Source: a virus (taxonomy: Duplodnaviria > Caudoviricetes). From it: a stretch of 56,647 nucleotides of DNA. Under the pieces are notes generated by a model that had not been told where the DNA came from, searched no databases, and saw only the letters and a list, made by a program, of their open reading frames with translations. The position numbers and the translations under genes were made by a program. The stretch covers positions 1-56,647 of IMG/VR virus record IMGVR_UViG_3300025759_014178. The stretch is one strand, 5' to 3'. Shown here in pieces: positions 55,119 to 56,647 of this stretch; the first letter of the stretch is position 1, and each line of letters begins with the position of its first letter.

Positions 55119-55331
55119 TTACGCCGCTTTATATTGAGAACTAAACCGGCGAAAGACGCCCCAGATTACCGCAACAGCAGAAACAATTTGAAGACCGCTC
55201 GCTTCAGATCCAACAGCATTTTGGAACGTTGGGGCAACAGCGTCAAGATTGCTCAAGAGGTCGTTAGTAAGAACGCCGACCAAGCCAAGGCCGGTCAACT
55301 TACCTTTCAGAATAGTTTTAAGAAACTTCAT
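55119..55331 (-). CDS. Putative holin / small membrane protein
   Basis: 70 aa from ATG 55331, two hydrophobic segments, basic C-terminus, upstream of a lysin-like gene. Confidence 0.5.
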   Translation of the reverse strand: MKFLKTILKGKLTGLGLVGVLTNDLLSNLDAVAPTFQNAVGSEASGLQIVSAVAVIWGVFRRFSSQYKAA

Positions 55332-55417
55332 TTTATTTAGTTGGTTTTCGAAATAGCGAGAATTTACTCGCAGTAGAATCACCTTGTCACTGTCATATCG
55401 GGTTTGTCTAGAACAAA

Positions 55418-55762
55418 TTAGTTCTTCTCTAAAAATTTGCGCTTCCACATATCTCGATCCTGCCGCAATCTGCTATCAACATCACCTCTGCCGACTGCGT
55501 GCAAAAGCTCCTTGGTTTCCTCCCATTGGTTTTCTAGCCACTCCGCTCTATCCGCTAGTATCCTCATGGCGCCATTAGTGAAGTTCTCTCCACCTTTCAG
55601 ATATGGAAGCAACTCTTGACCGAGCTCCAACCATTCTTGGTCATGGATTGAATGCCTTGCCAGTTTCGCAGCGATCCCCCAAGGAGAACAAGGCAGCGCA
55701 CTCGAATCTTGCTCTCGTTGGGGTTGTTCGGTCGGTTTGTCACTTAATAGGGTATTGCCCAT
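55418..55762 (-). CDS. Hypothetical protein, start lying within an attC-like hairpin
   Basis: 114-aa ORF with coiled-coil C-terminus. Confidence 0.6.
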   Translation of the reverse strand: MGNTLLSDKPTEQPQREQDSSALPCSPWGIAAKLARHSIHDQEWLELGQELLPYLKGGENFTNGAMRILADRAEWLENQWEETKELLHAVGRGDVDSRLRQDRDMWKRKFLEKN

Positions 55763-55876
55763 AATATAACAGAGTTAGATTTGTCAGCGCAGGATCGGTG
55801 GCCTTGGTCGTGCAGCAGCAGCAGCAGCGTTATTGAGTCATCCTTTCGAGCTGATCAATTCAATTTTCTACTACTC

Positions 55877-56482
55877 TCAATCAATTTTATCTACCTGCTT
55901 TTTTAACGAATTTAAATCGTCCTCGAGCGATTTGATTTCTTCGTTTTGCTTGAGCGGATGATCAGCTTTGTCTCGGTAATTATCAATTTCATGTTGGGTC
56001 CAATGGAGTTTTTCTTGAATGCGCCCCCAATCAGTTAAAAACTGATCTCGCCATGTCCTAATATATGCCAATTCCTTTTCATTCTCGACCATCTCTTCCT
56101 TGTTTGATTCGACGATGAGAGAAACTTTATCATCCCCAGAAGATTGAGCCCAAAGAATGACGCCAGCGGCCGTTCCAGTAACTGTTAAGCCAAGGCCGGC
56201 AAGAGAAACCATGAGGCCAACTCCCCAAGTAACATAGTTGGCTGGAATCATGCCCTTAGTCGCTGTTGCACTGCTGTAATTTTCAGACCACCGATCCATT
56301 TTTGAAAACAGGGTCGACATATCATTGCGAAGATCTTCGATTATGGCTGCTGACCCAGCAACTGTCGTTTTTACTTCGCCGATTTCGCTTCTCATCGACT
56401 CAACTTCAGTGTCGAGCCGATTTACTCTCGAACCAAGCTGGTTGATGGTCACGTCCTGGTGAATGCCTGTTTCTTCACTCAT
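55877..56482 (-). CDS. Coiled-coil membrane protein
   Basis: Heptad repeats flanking the hydrophobic stretch YVTWGVGLMVSLAGLGLTVTGTAAGVILW; ATGA-coupled to the sulfotransferase stop. Confidence 0.75.
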   Translation of the reverse strand: MSEETGIHQDVTINQLGSRVNRLDTEVESMRSEIGEVKTTVAGSAAIIEDLRNDMSTLFSKMDRWSENYSSATATKGMIPANYVTWGVGLMVSLAGLGLTVTGTAAGVILWAQSSGDDKVSLIVESNKEEMVENEKELAYIRTWRDQFLTDWGRIQEKLHWTQHEIDNYRDKADHPLKQNEEIKSLEDDLNSLKKQVDKID

Positions 56483-56647
56483 GATGGGTCGAAGTTGTAG
56501 CCAAAGCGGCTGATGTCTTTGGGGAATCGATCAGCTACGATCTGGGCTGTTTGGTCGGTGTAGTATGACCGGTAGTCCTTGCGGTTGGTCTTGTTTGCGT
56601 GCGGGAGATGTAGAGCCAGTCCCAAGCGGCCGGTGATCCTTTTCCAG
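56479..56647 (-). CDS. 3' end of the join-spanning sulfotransferase
   Basis: ...DRFPKDISRFGYNFDPS* with TGA at 56481-56479. Confidence 0.85.
   Translation of the reverse strand, partial: WKRITGRLGLALHLPHANKTNRKDYRSYYTDQTAQIVADRFPKDISRFGYNFDPS
56500..56647. repeat. Terminal direct repeat, right copy
   Basis: Matches 1-148 with one mismatch. Confidence 0.97.

Noticed and set aside
55812-55829. (GCA)n microsatellite
   Set aside because: Short and intergenic, with no ORF or promoter evidently affected
1-56647. CRISPR array, diversity-generating retroelement, IS element or stop-codon reassignment
   Set aside because: No regularly spaced repeats, reverse transcriptase, adenine-specific repeat pair or transposase; genes are full length and densely packed under the standard code, using all three stops

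Overview
The window is an apparently complete, circularly permuted 56,499-bp tailed-phage genome. A 148-bp end overlap carries one synonymous SNP, and a sulfotransferase gene missed by the ORF track runs across the join. The architecture is podovirus-like: portal, scaffold, major capsid, two adaptor-like proteins and a tail fibre, with no tape measure or tail tube. It also encodes a terminase large subunit, RecE/RecT, an O-like replication initiator, two SSBs, four cell-wall-hydrolase-like genes and an initiator-type tRNA-Met. No integrase, polymerase or helicase was recognisable. About 35% of the genome is one 6,597-aa polyvalent/DarB-like putative ejection protein. Its central ~3,450 aa form a chain of modules: GNAT-like, ART, GHKL ATPase+HExxH, C5 DNA methyltransferase, unknown, PRTase, SAM methyltransferase, GNAT, GNAT, glycosylase-like and ART-like. 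Each module is bounded by the same hexapeptide Q-x-A-A-x-R (12 copies, synonymous codons vary). This suggests a proteolytically processed, virion-delivered effector polyprotein, preceded by a zincin-like domain and a sigma-factor-like domain. Other notable signals are a fixed-spacing motif TTGAC-N14-ACTCAG-N9-ATG ahead of three virion-gene blocks, a non-Shine-Dalgarno leader motif AACCTACT ahead of six genes, a glycosyl/methyl/sulfotransferase cluster behind the tail fibre, a dual-frame split cytosine methyltransferase and a second copy of the initiator's origin-like repeats. All family assignments are from motif recognition by eye; no database searches were run.
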